Origin: Candidatus Poribacteria bacterium
GTDB lineage: Bacteria; Poribacteria; WGA-4E; WGA-3G
NCBI GenBank assembly: GCA_965215265.1
Contig: OZ244048.1
Location: 3,616,001 to 3,680,000 of the forward strand
DNA length: 64,000 bases
Reading direction: 5' to 3'
A program made the position numbers and the translations under genes. Shown piece after piece: positions 37,351 to 46,550 of the stretch; the stretch's first letter is position 1; each line of letters begins with the position of its first letter. The notes below the pieces were generated by a model. The model was given only the letters and a program-made list of their open reading frames with translations. It did not search any database and had not been told where the DNA came from.

Positions 37351-38604
37351 ATGGTTAATAAATTTCTGCTTGTCTCTATTGATTGCTGGCGGTTTGACGC
37401 ACTCAGCTGCACCAATCCACGTTTCAATACCCCAAAATTTGACCTGCTCACTCAGGAATTCTCCCTCGCTGAGAGGTTTTTCGTCACTGCACCAGCAACC
37501 CGGCCCTCGCATACGTCATACTTTACAGGACTTTATCCGTTTGAACATGGGGTTTACGGGCAGACCTACCTCAAAATGTTTCAAGGTATACCCCATCTAT
37601 TTCAACTCTTTAAAGATGCAGGCTATCACATCACCGGCAGATCGGAGCGCCCGGAGGTATTTCGCTTTCTCGATTTTGAGCCGTTTATTACTGCACTAGA
37701 CCCGCGTGCCAAAGCACAACATCTCGGTGCACTTGAAGACCTTCTTGAGCACCTCGTGCAGCCCTCAGATACACCACAATTCTGTTTCCTTCATTTTTGG
37801 TATACGCACGGCGGATACGGCATGTCAGGTATACCGAATGCCCCAAATTTTAAATCACTCGTGGAGAGTAGGAGAACAGATGAGGCATTGCGTTTTTATT
37901 ACGCCGCTGTGACACATATACTTGAATTTAAACTGGTTGAAATTCTGAAACACCTTTCGCTTTCTGAATGGGCGATCTTTATCTTCGGCGACCACGGCGA
38001 AGGGATTTGTGAGGAAATTATCGCACATGGAGACACCCTCAATCAGAACGTGCTGCATGTACCGCTTTTAGTGCATATCCCCAACTATGAAGTGTTGGAA
38101 TTTCCTAACGCTCCACTATCTTCATTGGACCTGTTCCCGACACTCACGAACCTCGCCGGTATTGACGTAGATTATAAAGGATATGGACACAATCTACTAA
38201 ACCCATCGGAAATTGATAACCGAGCATTGGTTTTGTCAGAGTTGGATAGTCTGTACGGCATCGGTTTCCTCAGTCGGAGTAACTTAGAAATGCCACATAA
38301 CCGCGTGACCTCCCGTACATCGGTCGATAACATAGAAATCAATAGATACTCAGAAGGAGTCCGACTCTGGTCACTTACGGATGGCGATCATCTCTATCGG
38401 GAAGACGAACAAACCGGCGAATTTGTGTATAGAAAGGTAAAGAGCGGAGAAGATATCGTGTGCGGAGATCCGCAGCGATTTCGTGAGGCTTATGACGATA
38501 TTTTGATGAATTCCAACTATCAGCACCTTCAGGCTCAAGAAACGACCTCAGAAGAGACCCAAATATTGGAAGGAAGACTAAGGGATTTAGGGTACGTTGA
38601 GTAG
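37351..38604 (+). CDS. Sulfatase-like hydrolase (alkaline phosphatase superfamily)
   Basis: SIDC, TRPSHTSYFTG.YP..HG, GDHGE, HVPL, C-terminal LRDLGY. Confidence 0.85.
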   Translation: MVNKFLLVSIDCWRFDALSCTNPRFNTPKFDLLTQEFSLAERFFVTAPATRPSHTSYFTGLYPFEHGVYGQTYLKMFQGIPHLFQLFKDAGYHITGRSERPEVFRFLDFEPFITALDPRAKAQHLGALEDLLEHLVQPSDTPQFCFLHFWYTHGGYGMSGIPNAPNFKSLVESRRTDEALRFYYAAVTHILEFKLVEILKHLSLSEWAIFIFGDHGEGICEEIIAHGDTLNQNVLHVPLLVHIPNYEVLEFPNAPLSSLDLFPTLTNLAGIDVDYKGYGHNLLNPSEIDNRALVLSELDSLYGIGFLSRSNLEMPHNRVTSRTSVDNIEINRYSEGVRLWSLTDGDHLYREDEQTGEFVYRKVKSGEDIVCGDPQRFREAYDDILMNSNYQHLQAQETTSEETQILEGRLRDLGYVE

Positions 38605-38616
38605 ATTGTTCAATTT

Positions 38617-39108
38617 CTAAGACGGAGACAGTTCATGAATTGTCACATCCAGTGATTTCAATTCTACAACGGCTACCGTTGATTTACCAGTTGTCCACCC
38701 ACCTGTTTCCCCTGGATTAAGTAAAAGCGACTTTTCGTTGCAGATATCAATCTTATGGGTGTGGCCATAAACGACAATATCGTAAGTACCACCCCTTGCA
38801 ATCGGAATAGCGAGCTCCGGATAGTGCATAACAGCGATATTCCGCTCTCCAAGGGAAACGTTGGCTAAGTTGGGGTGTACCTCCCCGATGGTTTCAAACC
38901 GTTGTGCAATAATAACGCGTTCCCCGTCATTATTGCCGAACACTCCCACGACGCGGCAATTCAGATTAGCTAGAGGGGTAATGGCAAACGGGGCGATAAA
39001 ATCACCCGCGTGCACAACCAAATCAACGCCGATATCGTTGAAGAGGACAACAGCACGTTCGATTTGGGGAATGTTGTCGTGACTATCGGACATAACACCG
39101 AGTTTCAT
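38617..39108 (-). CDS. Metallophosphoesterase (YfcE/MJ0936 family)
   Basis: SDSH, HAGD, GNND, YGHTH, NPG. Confidence 0.9.
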   Translation of the reverse strand: MKLGVMSDSHDNIPQIERAVVLFNDIGVDLVVHAGDFIAPFAITPLANLNCRVVGVFGNNDGERVIIAQRFETIGEVHPNLANVSLGERNIAVMHYPELAIPIARGGTYDIVVYGHTHKIDICNEKSLLLNPGETGGWTTGKSTVAVVELKSLDVTIHELSPS

Positions 39109-39130
39109 GTGAGATTTTCCTTTTTTTGAT

Positions 39131-39991
39131 TTAGAGAGTTTTGCGGATTTGTTCAAATAACTCAGTATTGGGATGCCCTTGATAGAGGACAACACAGTAC
39201 CGTAACCTCAGGTTATCATCGTCGGCAAGTTTAATAGGTTTATAGTAGGCAGGAGAAGGATGGATAAGGGAGTAATGCTGCCGATTCCGCACCCACCACG
39301 TTGTCGGATAGCGCGGATTTTCCGGATTATCAATGATAGCAGCCCCATAAACCTTGCTATCAGCCGGGTGTTTCGCAGTGAAACTGCACCATTGGCTCTG
39401 TTTGCCAAAGATGTCCATAGGTTCTGTGCGGTTGTCTGCGTCCAACAGTTTGCCTGGTGTGAGAACATTATCAAAACGAATAGCTAAACCGCTGTAGAAC
39501 CTGCCATCTGCGCCGGGCTCGCCCCGTCGCAAATCTAAAACGACCTCCCGATCATTGGGTTGGAATGCCAATTCTACGAGAATATGCATAGAATCCTCAG
39601 TAGGCGTGCATACGGTGAGCTGCCGACGTTCTGTCATATACGTTATGCCTTGCCAATCGATCCAAGCATTTTCAGTGATTAAGCTTGCGTGTTCGGCATC
39701 TGCCTTCTGTTCAAAAATGTTTTGATGTACGATTTTTCCGAAACCCGTAGCATCCGCACCAGCAGCGGGTTGCTCCCAAAAATTGACACCGTTAACTTTT
39801 TTCCAAGCCACCCACATTCCTTGATGATGCACGTGGTCACCAGGTTCATTCATCGTCAGCGACGGTGCACCGGGCAATCTCAGTGGGTGACAATACGGAC
39901 GGTTACCCTCTTTAGGAAAGTGGTAACTCAAGACCTGCTGTCCGTTCCACGCGACTGTTAAACTGTATTGTGTTTGCGATAGTGAAAACAT
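39131..39991 (-). CDS. PmoA-like/DUF6807 family protein (putative sugar-processing beta-sandwich)
   Basis: RPYCHPL, DHVHHQGMW, VNFWE, NPRYPTTWWVR. Confidence 0.75.
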   Translation of the reverse strand: MFSLSQTQYSLTVAWNGQQVLSYHFPKEGNRPYCHPLRLPGAPSLTMNEPGDHVHHQGMWVAWKKVNGVNFWEQPAAGADATGFGKIVHQNIFEQKADAEHASLITENAWIDWQGITYMTERRQLTVCTPTEDSMHILVELAFQPNDREVVLDLRRGEPGADGRFYSGLAIRFDNVLTPGKLLDADNRTEPMDIFGKQSQWCSFTAKHPADSKVYGAAIIDNPENPRYPTTWWVRNRQHYSLIHPSPAYYKPIKLADDDNLRLRYCVVLYQGHPNTELFEQIRKTL

Positions 39992-40003
39992 TGCTTTTCC
40001 GTT

Positions 40004-40864
40004 TTAGTTAAGGTATGGCTTAACGACCTCGCGTTCCAAAGCTAATCCTTCCCATTCGTCATCGCCCGGTCCATCATAGATAAGGGTGTGTGGTCCAGAA
40101 AAACCAGCTTTCCGGGTCAGTTCCAAGCATTGGACATAATCATCCTTTTCCATCTGGCGCGGTGCAGTGAAATGGGCTTTGGTATGACACGATTCTGCCA
40201 ACGAGGCAATAGCACCCAGGTCATCGTATTTCGTCTCACCACGCCAGTTACCGAAGTCCAAGCAAAGTCCGACCTTTCCATCTAATTCGCCTAAAATAGC
40301 ATTAACGTTGTCAGGCGTGGAAAAGATAGAAAACCAGTTTTCACTCATCAAACGGACACCGACGGTTTCTGCAAGCTTAGCGAGTTGGGCAAGCACATTG
40401 CGGCTTTGTGCAATCGTCGTTTCAGAGGGTGCAGCTTTACCACCGATGACGCGTGCACACTTCGCGTCGAGTTCACCGGCAATATCGAGCCAGGTTTCTA
40501 TCCACGCTATATCGCGTGCTGCTTCGGCTGGATGTGTAATGTCACCGTCGTCAATTAGCAATGAAAAAAGTTCAACATGAGCATCTGCTAAGGCTGCACG
40601 GAGTTCTGACAAGTATGCTCGCTCAACAGAGGGCAAATGGAAGTGGCAAATTTCTAAAGTGTGGATACCAAATTCGGCAACGTGGTTCGGTAATTCCAAC
40701 AAGGAAATGGGACCTTTATTGTGCGTTTCAATAGGAATGTGCATGCCGTTCGCTGGGCCGGTGAACCCGGGCCGTCCAAGTTGCCTGTGCAAACTCCATG
40801 TTGAAACCGAGAGGCGTGGGGAGGAATTCACCCCGCAGGGCGGGGAGAACTTCTTAATTGACAT
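40004..40864 (-). CDS. Sugar phosphate isomerase/epimerase; N-terminus contains a palindromic element
   Basis: STWSLH, LMSENW, DFGNW, CHTKA. Confidence 0.85.
   Translation of the reverse strand: MSIKKFSPPCGVNSSPRLSVSTWSLHRQLGRPGFTGPANGMHIPIETHNKGPISLLELPNHVAEFGIHTLEICHFHLPSVERAYLSELRAALADAHVELFSLLIDDGDITHPAEAARDIAWIETWLDIAGELDAKCARVIGGKAAPSETTIAQSRNVLAQLAKLAETVGVRLMSENWFSIFSTPDNVNAILGELDGKVGLCLDFGNWRGETKYDDLGAIASLAESCHTKAHFTAPRQMEKDDYVQCLELTRKAGFSGPHTLIYDGPGDDEWEGLALEREVVKPYLN
40821..40860 (+). repeat. Palindromic element copy C (in frame within CDS)
   Basis: GAGGAATTCACCCCGCAGGGCGGGGAGAACTTCTTAATTG, identical 40 bp to 46024-46063. Confidence 0.9.
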
Positions 40865-40867
40865 AAT

Positions 40868-41683
40868 TTAAATTCTCCAAAATTGCAGGAATATTCTAGA
40901 AAGTAGTAGGCACACTTCGGTGTGCTGTAACATAACTCCGTAAATAGATTTTAGTATCTCAAGAATATCCTTATGGTGTGAAGGGCTAAGCATCCCGAAA
41001 ACTTTCACCATCTCAATAACTATGCTGGAGTTACTCTGATCTACTACAAATTGTGCTGTTTCTTTTACTTGTGCGATACGACGGATTGGATTTTCACTTG
41101 TCTGAAGTTCTGTTATAGGAAAACATAAGTAAAGCATTGGTTGGACACCAATTGCTCTTTGCTTTTCTCTTATAGTAATCTCTGCACTAATTTCATATTT
41201 TCCAAATTTATATACGAGTTGTGGATAATTCAGGCTTATCCCAAAGAATGTCGTGTTATTGATCTGCTTCTCAATAGGATGCGTTCTAGTTATCTGGCAG
41301 TCCGGGTGATTAGACAGTAGATTTTCTTCCTTCAGTCCAGATAGAAACTCAAGAGTACTCCTTAATTCTGATAAAGTAATTACATCCCAAGAATAGAAGT
41401 GATACAGATATTCGGACAATTCGTACAAGACCTTTTTCTTTCCGTTGTATGCAATGAACGATACATGAGGCAGGGAGGAACTATCCCTTTTCTTGTATTC
41501 TAAATCGTAACCTATTTGCCATTCAACATAATTATTTGGGTTGAAAGGTTCCTTTCTTGTAGCATGCGGCTTGCCATACTCATAAAACATACTTCTTGAC
41601 TTAATTCTTATTTTACCAGTATGGTTTGTCAGAGGAAGATTTACAAGAATTTTCCTATTCTCTTTATCAAACATGATGTTCAC
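40868..41683 (-). CDS. R.PabI-family (HALFPIPE) restriction DNA glycosylase
   Basis: TGKIRIK.R, YVEWQIGYD, LYELSE, KQRAIGVQPMLY, HHKDI: spacing matches R.PabI E63-x4-Y68 and H211-x2-D214. Confidence 0.85.
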   Translation of the reverse strand: MNIMFDKENRKILVNLPLTNHTGKIRIKSRSMFYEYGKPHATRKEPFNPNNYVEWQIGYDLEYKKRDSSSLPHVSFIAYNGKKKVLYELSEYLYHFYSWDVITLSELRSTLEFLSGLKEENLLSNHPDCQITRTHPIEKQINNTTFFGISLNYPQLVYKFGKYEISAEITIREKQRAIGVQPMLYLCFPITELQTSENPIRRIAQVKETAQFVVDQSNSSIVIEMVKVFGMLSPSHHKDILEILKSIYGVMLQHTEVCLLLSRIFLQFWRI

Positions 41684-42845
41684 CTAACAACAATTTAAAA
41701 TACATATCTAATTCGGACTCTGCCTGTTGCTTTTCCATCGGGTTTATCTGAAAATGCTTTTTCAGGAAAGGATGGTGTCTAACAGTATCGCTGATGAAAC
41801 AGGGTTTATATTGCCTGAACAGATCATTATCTATAAGAACATCACAATTCCCGAAATAGAACGGAAGTCTATGCAGATTTCTTTTGAATACATCTACGTA
41901 GGCATAATAATCTAGTTTTCGCTTGTCAATTACAATCGTATTTTCACTATAACTTTCGACAAAGGTGCGATTTCTTTTTAATGCGTTGATATCTCGCATT
42001 GTCCAAAAAAAAAGCAAATCATCATTTTTGGAGCAATGGATGTCTCCCTCTACTGATGAAAACAAGGTATTACTATATGTCGGTCGATTCTTCTTGGGAT
42101 ATTTATCAATGTAACGAGTAATATAATCAAAATCACCAAGACAAAAATTACTTTCACATAATGTCCGAAAACGAAAAGAGCGAATAAAGTTGTAAGTCAT
42201 TCCTTGAGTTTTTCTCTGGTAAAGAGCAAGGACAATTGGAAAAGGCGTGAGTTTTGCTGAATCAGGAAATTCCCAGCTGCTGATTAATAGTCCGAAGATC
42301 AATCTGTAATTTGTGGTAAAATCCTTTAAGAGCCTGAAGTTGGTCGGTTTAATTAAATAAGACAATGGGTGCAAAACACAGATAAAATCTGCTTCGAGTT
42401 TATTATAGGAGCGGAGAAATGATATTCCTAAGTCCCGGCTCGCTAAGTCTTCATCTATGTCAAAATTGATACTTTTGATACTTTGACGAATAAAGGATGT
42501 CTTATCATTATAAGGTGGGTTCCCAACGACTATCAAATTGGACTGCTGAGGAATACCGAATTTTGCTCTTGATACGTTGCATAAAGCGTTCGCTTGAAAA
42601 AACAGAGCCTTATCATTGTTCTTTTTAGCTACATTGATTGCAGTCTCGTCTATATCACATCCAATTGTGATGGCCTGCCCACAATTTTTCAGGAAATCGC
42701 CGTATCCACACGTACTATCGATGATAGCCGTCTGTGAATGCACATAAGGCGCAATTATCTGCCAGGCTATATTCACAATTTCAGTAGGAGTGTAGTAACT
42801 ACCCAAATTTATTCTGCTCTTATACCCTAAGTGTGCTTGACTCAT
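41667..42845 (-). CDS. N6-adenine DNA methyltransferase (M.PabI/M.HpyAXII-like)
   Basis: LGSYYTP, DSTCGYG.F SAM motif, VGNPPYN; overlaps the R gene start; AT-rich. Confidence 0.88.
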   Translation of the reverse strand: MSQAHLGYKSRINLGSYYTPTEIVNIAWQIIAPYVHSQTAIIDSTCGYGDFLKNCGQAITIGCDIDETAINVAKKNNDKALFFQANALCNVSRAKFGIPQQSNLIVVGNPPYNDKTSFIRQSIKSINFDIDEDLASRDLGISFLRSYNKLEADFICVLHPLSYLIKPTNFRLLKDFTTNYRLIFGLLISSWEFPDSAKLTPFPIVLALYQRKTQGMTYNFIRSFRFRTLCESNFCLGDFDYITRYIDKYPKKNRPTYSNTLFSSVEGDIHCSKNDDLLFFWTMRDINALKRNRTFVESYSENTIVIDKRKLDYYAYVDVFKRNLHRLPFYFGNCDVLIDNDLFRQYKPCFISDTVRHHPFLKKHFQINPMEKQQAESELDMYFKLLLGEHHV

Positions 42846-42905
42846 TGTTTATTCAATTTTTATCACGAAGGACATCATCGAAGAATCTTCGGTTTACCAA
42901 TACAT

Positions 42906-43628
42906 TTATAGGTTTTGGTCAACCCATGCGACGACCTGTTGGGCCATAACATCAGCGAATTTACCAGAGAAAACGTGGTCAACTCCGGGAAGCTCAAGTA
43001 GTTCTGTTTTTTCATTTGCGTGGCTGAGAATGTCTCGGCTATCTTGAATCGGAACAACATCATCTTCTGTTCCATGAACTAATAGCCACGGGACATGTAT
43101 TTTCGATGCAGACGTTACAACAGAGTCAATTGCAAACAAATCAGTCATGTAGGCTTGAGAGAGCGGGCAGTCAGGTTCATCCCACATGAAGCCTTTGTCA
43201 GGTGTAACATCGCCGAATTCGCGTTGAGCGAACGCTTTTGTGTGTACCATGCCTGCGAGCGAGACGAGACATCGGATACGGTTATCGACAGCAGTCCGCA
43301 AGACACCGACAGCGCCGCCCATGCTATGTCCTACATAGCAGAGTTGATAGTCCGCAAGGGTATCAATGATACTGCCGAGGTCCGCTACCTCTTTAGTGAT
43401 AGTAGAATCGGTAAATTGGCCATCGGATCCGCCATTGCCGGAGAAGGAAAATCGGAGGGCATGAATTCCTGATGCGGCAAGTTTTTCTGCTAAAGCGATG
43501 AGAGCCGGTCTGTCTTTATTTCCTGTGACACCGTGGCCAATGATAACAATCGCTGGGCAATCTTGATTCCCTTGGTGGAAGGTATAATCGATTCCTTCAC
43601 CGTGTTCGTTTCTAATTTCGCCAAACAT
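42906..43628 (-). CDS. Alpha/beta hydrolase
   Basis: HG, GHSMGG nucleophile elbow, HGTEDDVV, DH. Confidence 0.9.
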   Translation of the reverse strand: MFGEIRNEHGEGIDYTFHQGNQDCPAIVIIGHGVTGNKDRPALIALAEKLAASGIHALRFSFSGNGGSDGQFTDSTITKEVADLGSIIDTLADYQLCYVGHSMGGAVGVLRTAVDNRIRCLVSLAGMVHTKAFAQREFGDVTPDKGFMWDEPDCPLSQAYMTDLFAIDSVVTSASKIHVPWLLVHGTEDDVVPIQDSRDILSHANEKTELLELPGVDHVFSGKFADVMAQQVVAWVDQNL

Positions 43629-43673
43629 AACTTGTGTATCCTGTATCGTAGAATATCCGCTTACTTGAATAAG

Positions 43674-43697
43674 GGCGGGGTTGTAAACCCCGCCTAC
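43674..43697 (-). repeat. REP-like palindrome (GTAG-GCGGGGTT-TAC-AACCCCGCC)
   Basis: GTAG tetranucleotide followed by a perfect stem, as in RAYT-associated REPs. Confidence 0.65.
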
Positions 43698-43708
43698 AAA
43701 ACTGAGAA

Positions 43709-46006
43709 TTAACGTCCGTTGCTCTTCAAGGCATTAACCACCTTTTCTGGTTTAATCGGTAATTCGTTAATCCTGACACCGACGGCATCTCGAACAGCAT
43801 TTGCCATCGTTGCTAAGGTTGGCGTAATCGGTGGTTCACCAACACCTTTAGCACCATAAGGGCCATTGGGAGCTGGTACTTCAACGATGACAGATTCTAC
43901 AGTCGGCAGATCAGCAGAAGTTGGAACGCGATAATCGACAAAGCCAGGATTGACATTGCCGTTTTCGCTGTACTGCATCTCCTCCATCATTGCCCAAGCG
44001 TATCCTTGCACCGTGCCGCCTTCAATTTGCCCTTCAACCGCCATGGGGTTGATTGCAAACCCGACATCTTGAGAGGCAACGAGTTTTAACACTCTGGTCC
44101 TGCCTGTGTCGGGATCCACTTCAACTTTAGCAATTTGTGCTGCGAGAGCAGGGGTACTGGGTTGCCGGGCGAAGGAGCCTTTGCCGACAATCGGGCCACC
44201 TGTCGTGGAGAGACTATAAGCGGCCAATTCCGCTAACGAAATAGATTTAGGCGGATCCGCGCTCACAACGTGAACAGCCCCATTTCGAAGTTCAAGGTTA
44301 TCGACGTTGGCACTGAGGCGCTCCGACGCAAGTTCCAGAATACGCTGGTGTGTATCTTCAGCTGCTAATTTGGCGGTATTCCCCATCGTAAACGTTACCA
44401 CACTCCCGCCAGAACCTGTAGAATAGGGTGCAGAATCAGTGTCGCCGCGAGTGATAGTTACATTTTCGTAAGGGACGGTAAGAATTTCGGCAATAATCTG
44501 CGAAATCGCCGTGTCCGTTCCTGTAATATCCATAGAACCATGGAAAATCCGGACACTTCCATCTTCATGGACAGATACGTAGACACCTCCCGGGCCACAT
44601 CCGTTCGTCCAATCGCCGACAGCAACCCCCCAGCCTTGGTTTTCGCCGGCTTCACGGTTCCACCATCCTGCTGCATCAGCAACAGCTTCCAAAGTTTCTT
44701 TGTAGCCGACTTTGGGTTCACTACCGCCGGCTGGAATTTCGTCGCCTTCTTTGCGCATGTTCTTCAAGCGGAATTCAACCGCATCCATCCCGATACGTCG
44801 TGCGAGCTCGTCAAGTTGAGATTCGCCTGCAAAAATGGCTTGCGGTGCACCGGGCGCACGATAAGCAGCCGTTCCAGATTTGTTAGTGTGAACGCCGTAC
44901 GCGTCTACTTTGAGGTTCGGAATCTTATAGACACCTCGAACGCGAATCGTACTGCCAATAGAGGCCCCGGAGACAGAACCTGAATCCCAGAAAGCGAGTG
45001 CCTCCCGAGCAAGGATGCGGCCGTCACGGGTGGCACCAGTTTTAATTTTGATAACGCAGCCGGGGGCAGGTCTCCCATCGAGAAATTCCTCTTCGCGCGT
45101 CATCTGGACGCGTACAGGGCGGCTCGTTTTCTGCGAGAGCAGGACGGCTGGAACGTGGGTGATGATTACGCCGAAACGCCCACCGAAACCGCCCCCCATG
45201 GTAGTACCGATGACATTAACCTGCGTCAGTGGAATGCCCAACGTGCCTGCTATACCAGAACGAATTGCGAAGGGCCCCTGAGTCGATGCCCATACCGTGA
45301 TCTTTCCTGAAGAATCCGCACTAGCGACGGAGACATGCGGTTCCATATAGGTTTGGTGGACACGCGGAATGACGTATGTATCTTCAACCACTACGTCAGA
45401 CTCAGCAAAGCCTTTCTCAACATCGCCAACTTCGGAATGGCTCTCCGCAGAAATGTTATAATAAATTTCATCGGGGTAGGAATCTAATTCTGCCTCTAGT
45501 TCGAGAATTTTGTCCGCATGATCGGCTTCCTTATCCCGAGAGAGTTTCCGAATTTCGGCACTAACCTTGCGCCGATTTGGACCGTCTTTTGTGACATCAC
45601 CGTGTAAACGTGACGCAGACGGTTTAATCGCTTCCATAACATCTTGGACAACGGGCAAAACTTCATATTCAATCTTAATCAATTCTGCAGCTTCTTCAGC
45701 GATATCCGGATCGGTTGCGGCGACAGCAGCAAGCGGCTCGCCTAAGTAAAGCACTTTATCAGTAGCAAACACTCGGCGACCACTCGGTACATCCGCTTGG
45801 GTGATGATTGCTCTGACACCCGGCAGTTTTTCGGCTTCGCTCGTGTCAATATTCAGTATATTTGCATGCGCATGCTTGCTTCGCACCAGTTTGCCGTAGA
45901 GCATCCCGGGCGGGTGAACATCCGCGCCATATTGCGCAGCACCAGTCACCTTTTCAACAGCATCAACTCGCGCGACTTTTTGACCGACAACAGTATATTC
46001 TGACAT
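43709..46006 (-). CDS. Xanthine dehydrogenase-family molybdopterin-binding large subunit
   Basis: EKVTG.A.Y, HQTYMEPH, STQ, MGGGFGG, AYRAPG, GQIEGG, GAKGVGEP. Confidence 0.92.
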   Translation of the reverse strand: MSEYTVVGQKVARVDAVEKVTGAAQYGADVHPPGMLYGKLVRSKHAHANILNIDTSEAEKLPGVRAIITQADVPSGRRVFATDKVLYLGEPLAAVAATDPDIAEEAAELIKIEYEVLPVVQDVMEAIKPSASRLHGDVTKDGPNRRKVSAEIRKLSRDKEADHADKILELEAELDSYPDEIYYNISAESHSEVGDVEKGFAESDVVVEDTYVIPRVHQTYMEPHVSVASADSSGKITVWASTQGPFAIRSGIAGTLGIPLTQVNVIGTTMGGGFGGRFGVIITHVPAVLLSQKTSRPVRVQMTREEEFLDGRPAPGCVIKIKTGATRDGRILAREALAFWDSGSVSGASIGSTIRVRGVYKIPNLKVDAYGVHTNKSGTAAYRAPGAPQAIFAGESQLDELARRIGMDAVEFRLKNMRKEGDEIPAGGSEPKVGYKETLEAVADAAGWWNREAGENQGWGVAVGDWTNGCGPGGVYVSVHEDGSVRIFHGSMDITGTDTAISQIIAEILTVPYENVTITRGDTDSAPYSTGSGGSVVTFTMGNTAKLAAEDTHQRILELASERLSANVDNLELRNGAVHVVSADPPKSISLAELAAYSLSTTGGPIVGKGSFARQPSTPALAAQIAKVEVDPDTGRTRVLKLVASQDVGFAINPMAVEGQIEGGTVQGYAWAMMEEMQYSENGNVNPGFVDYRVPTSADLPTVESVIVEVPAPNGPYGAKGVGEPPITPTLATMANAVRDAVGVRINELPIKPEKVVNALKSNGR

Positions 46007-46023
46007 ACGACGCTCCTATAGAT

Positions 46024-46063
46024 GAGGAATTCACCCCGCAGGGCGGGGAGAACTTCTTAATTG
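46024..46063 (+). repeat. Palindromic element copy D (intergenic), followed by two more short hairpins to 46118
   Basis: Identical to 40821-40860; then GCGATCTGCCAGATCGC and TGGGAGG-TTT-CCTCCCA. Confidence 0.9.
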
Positions 46064-46119
46064 CGATCTGCCAGATCGCTCCATCAATATGTTTCTGGGA
46101 GGTTTCCTCCCATAAAACC

Positions 46120-46350
46120 TTATGTAAGTTTAACGAGGTGGTGTAGTTTACCGCGGCCTATCGCGGTGTTGCATCTTTTACAGACATTCACAGTACTTTC
46201 ACTGACTTCTCGGCTATAAAGCACTTTGACACCGGTTCGTCCACAGACAGGGCAGGTGCCGCGGCCGTTGTTGTACTCGCCAGTATGGGTAACCCCTTTT
46301 GTATCAATATAGAGGTGCTTTATGCCTTTCCCACGATGTGTTTTCGCCAT
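46120..46350 (-). CDS. Small basic zinc-finger protein (76 aa, CPVC..CKRC)
   Basis: AGAGGA RBS, ATG 46350; MAKTHRGKGIK...GRGTCPVCGRTGVKVLY...VCKRC. Confidence 0.75.
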   Translation of the reverse strand: MAKTHRGKGIKHLYIDTKGVTHTGEYNNGRGTCPVCGRTGVKVLYSREVSESTVNVCKRCNTAIGRGKLHHLVKLT

Positions 46351-46360
46351 TTTTCCTCTT

Positions 46361-46446
46361 TTTGTATATCTCCGTACCATCAAAGGTTATGATTTTACAA
46401 CGCTGCTCTTGTGTAAATCTCGTCGGAGATTCCTTAGGCATAGCAT
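46361..46446 (-). repeat. Dispersed structured element, copy 3 (short variant)
   Basis: ATGCTATGCCTAAGGAATCTCCGACGAGATTTACAC...ATAACCTTTGATGGTACGGAGATATACAAA, ending at the RBS of the Zn-finger gene. Confidence 0.85.
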
Positions 46447-46451
46447 AAAGC

Positions 46452-46546
46452 GGCTCTGGCGAGATTTGTAAAGGGTTTAAGATTGCAGCAGCCTTTATTG
46501 GGCTCCTGTAGACAAAAAACCTTCGATTTAAATAATAGATAAACGT
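46452..46546 (+). repeat. Dispersed structured element, copy 4 (diverged long variant)
   Basis: GGCTCTGGCGAGATTTGTA...GCTCCTGTAGACAAAAAACCTTCGAT...AGATAAACG aligns end to end with copy 2. Confidence 0.65.
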
Positions 46547-46550
46547 AACC

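Noticed and set aside
39131-39991. Methane monooxygenase based on the PmoA family name
   Set aside because: Soluble protein with no TM helices and no pmoB/pmoC; the family name is misleading.
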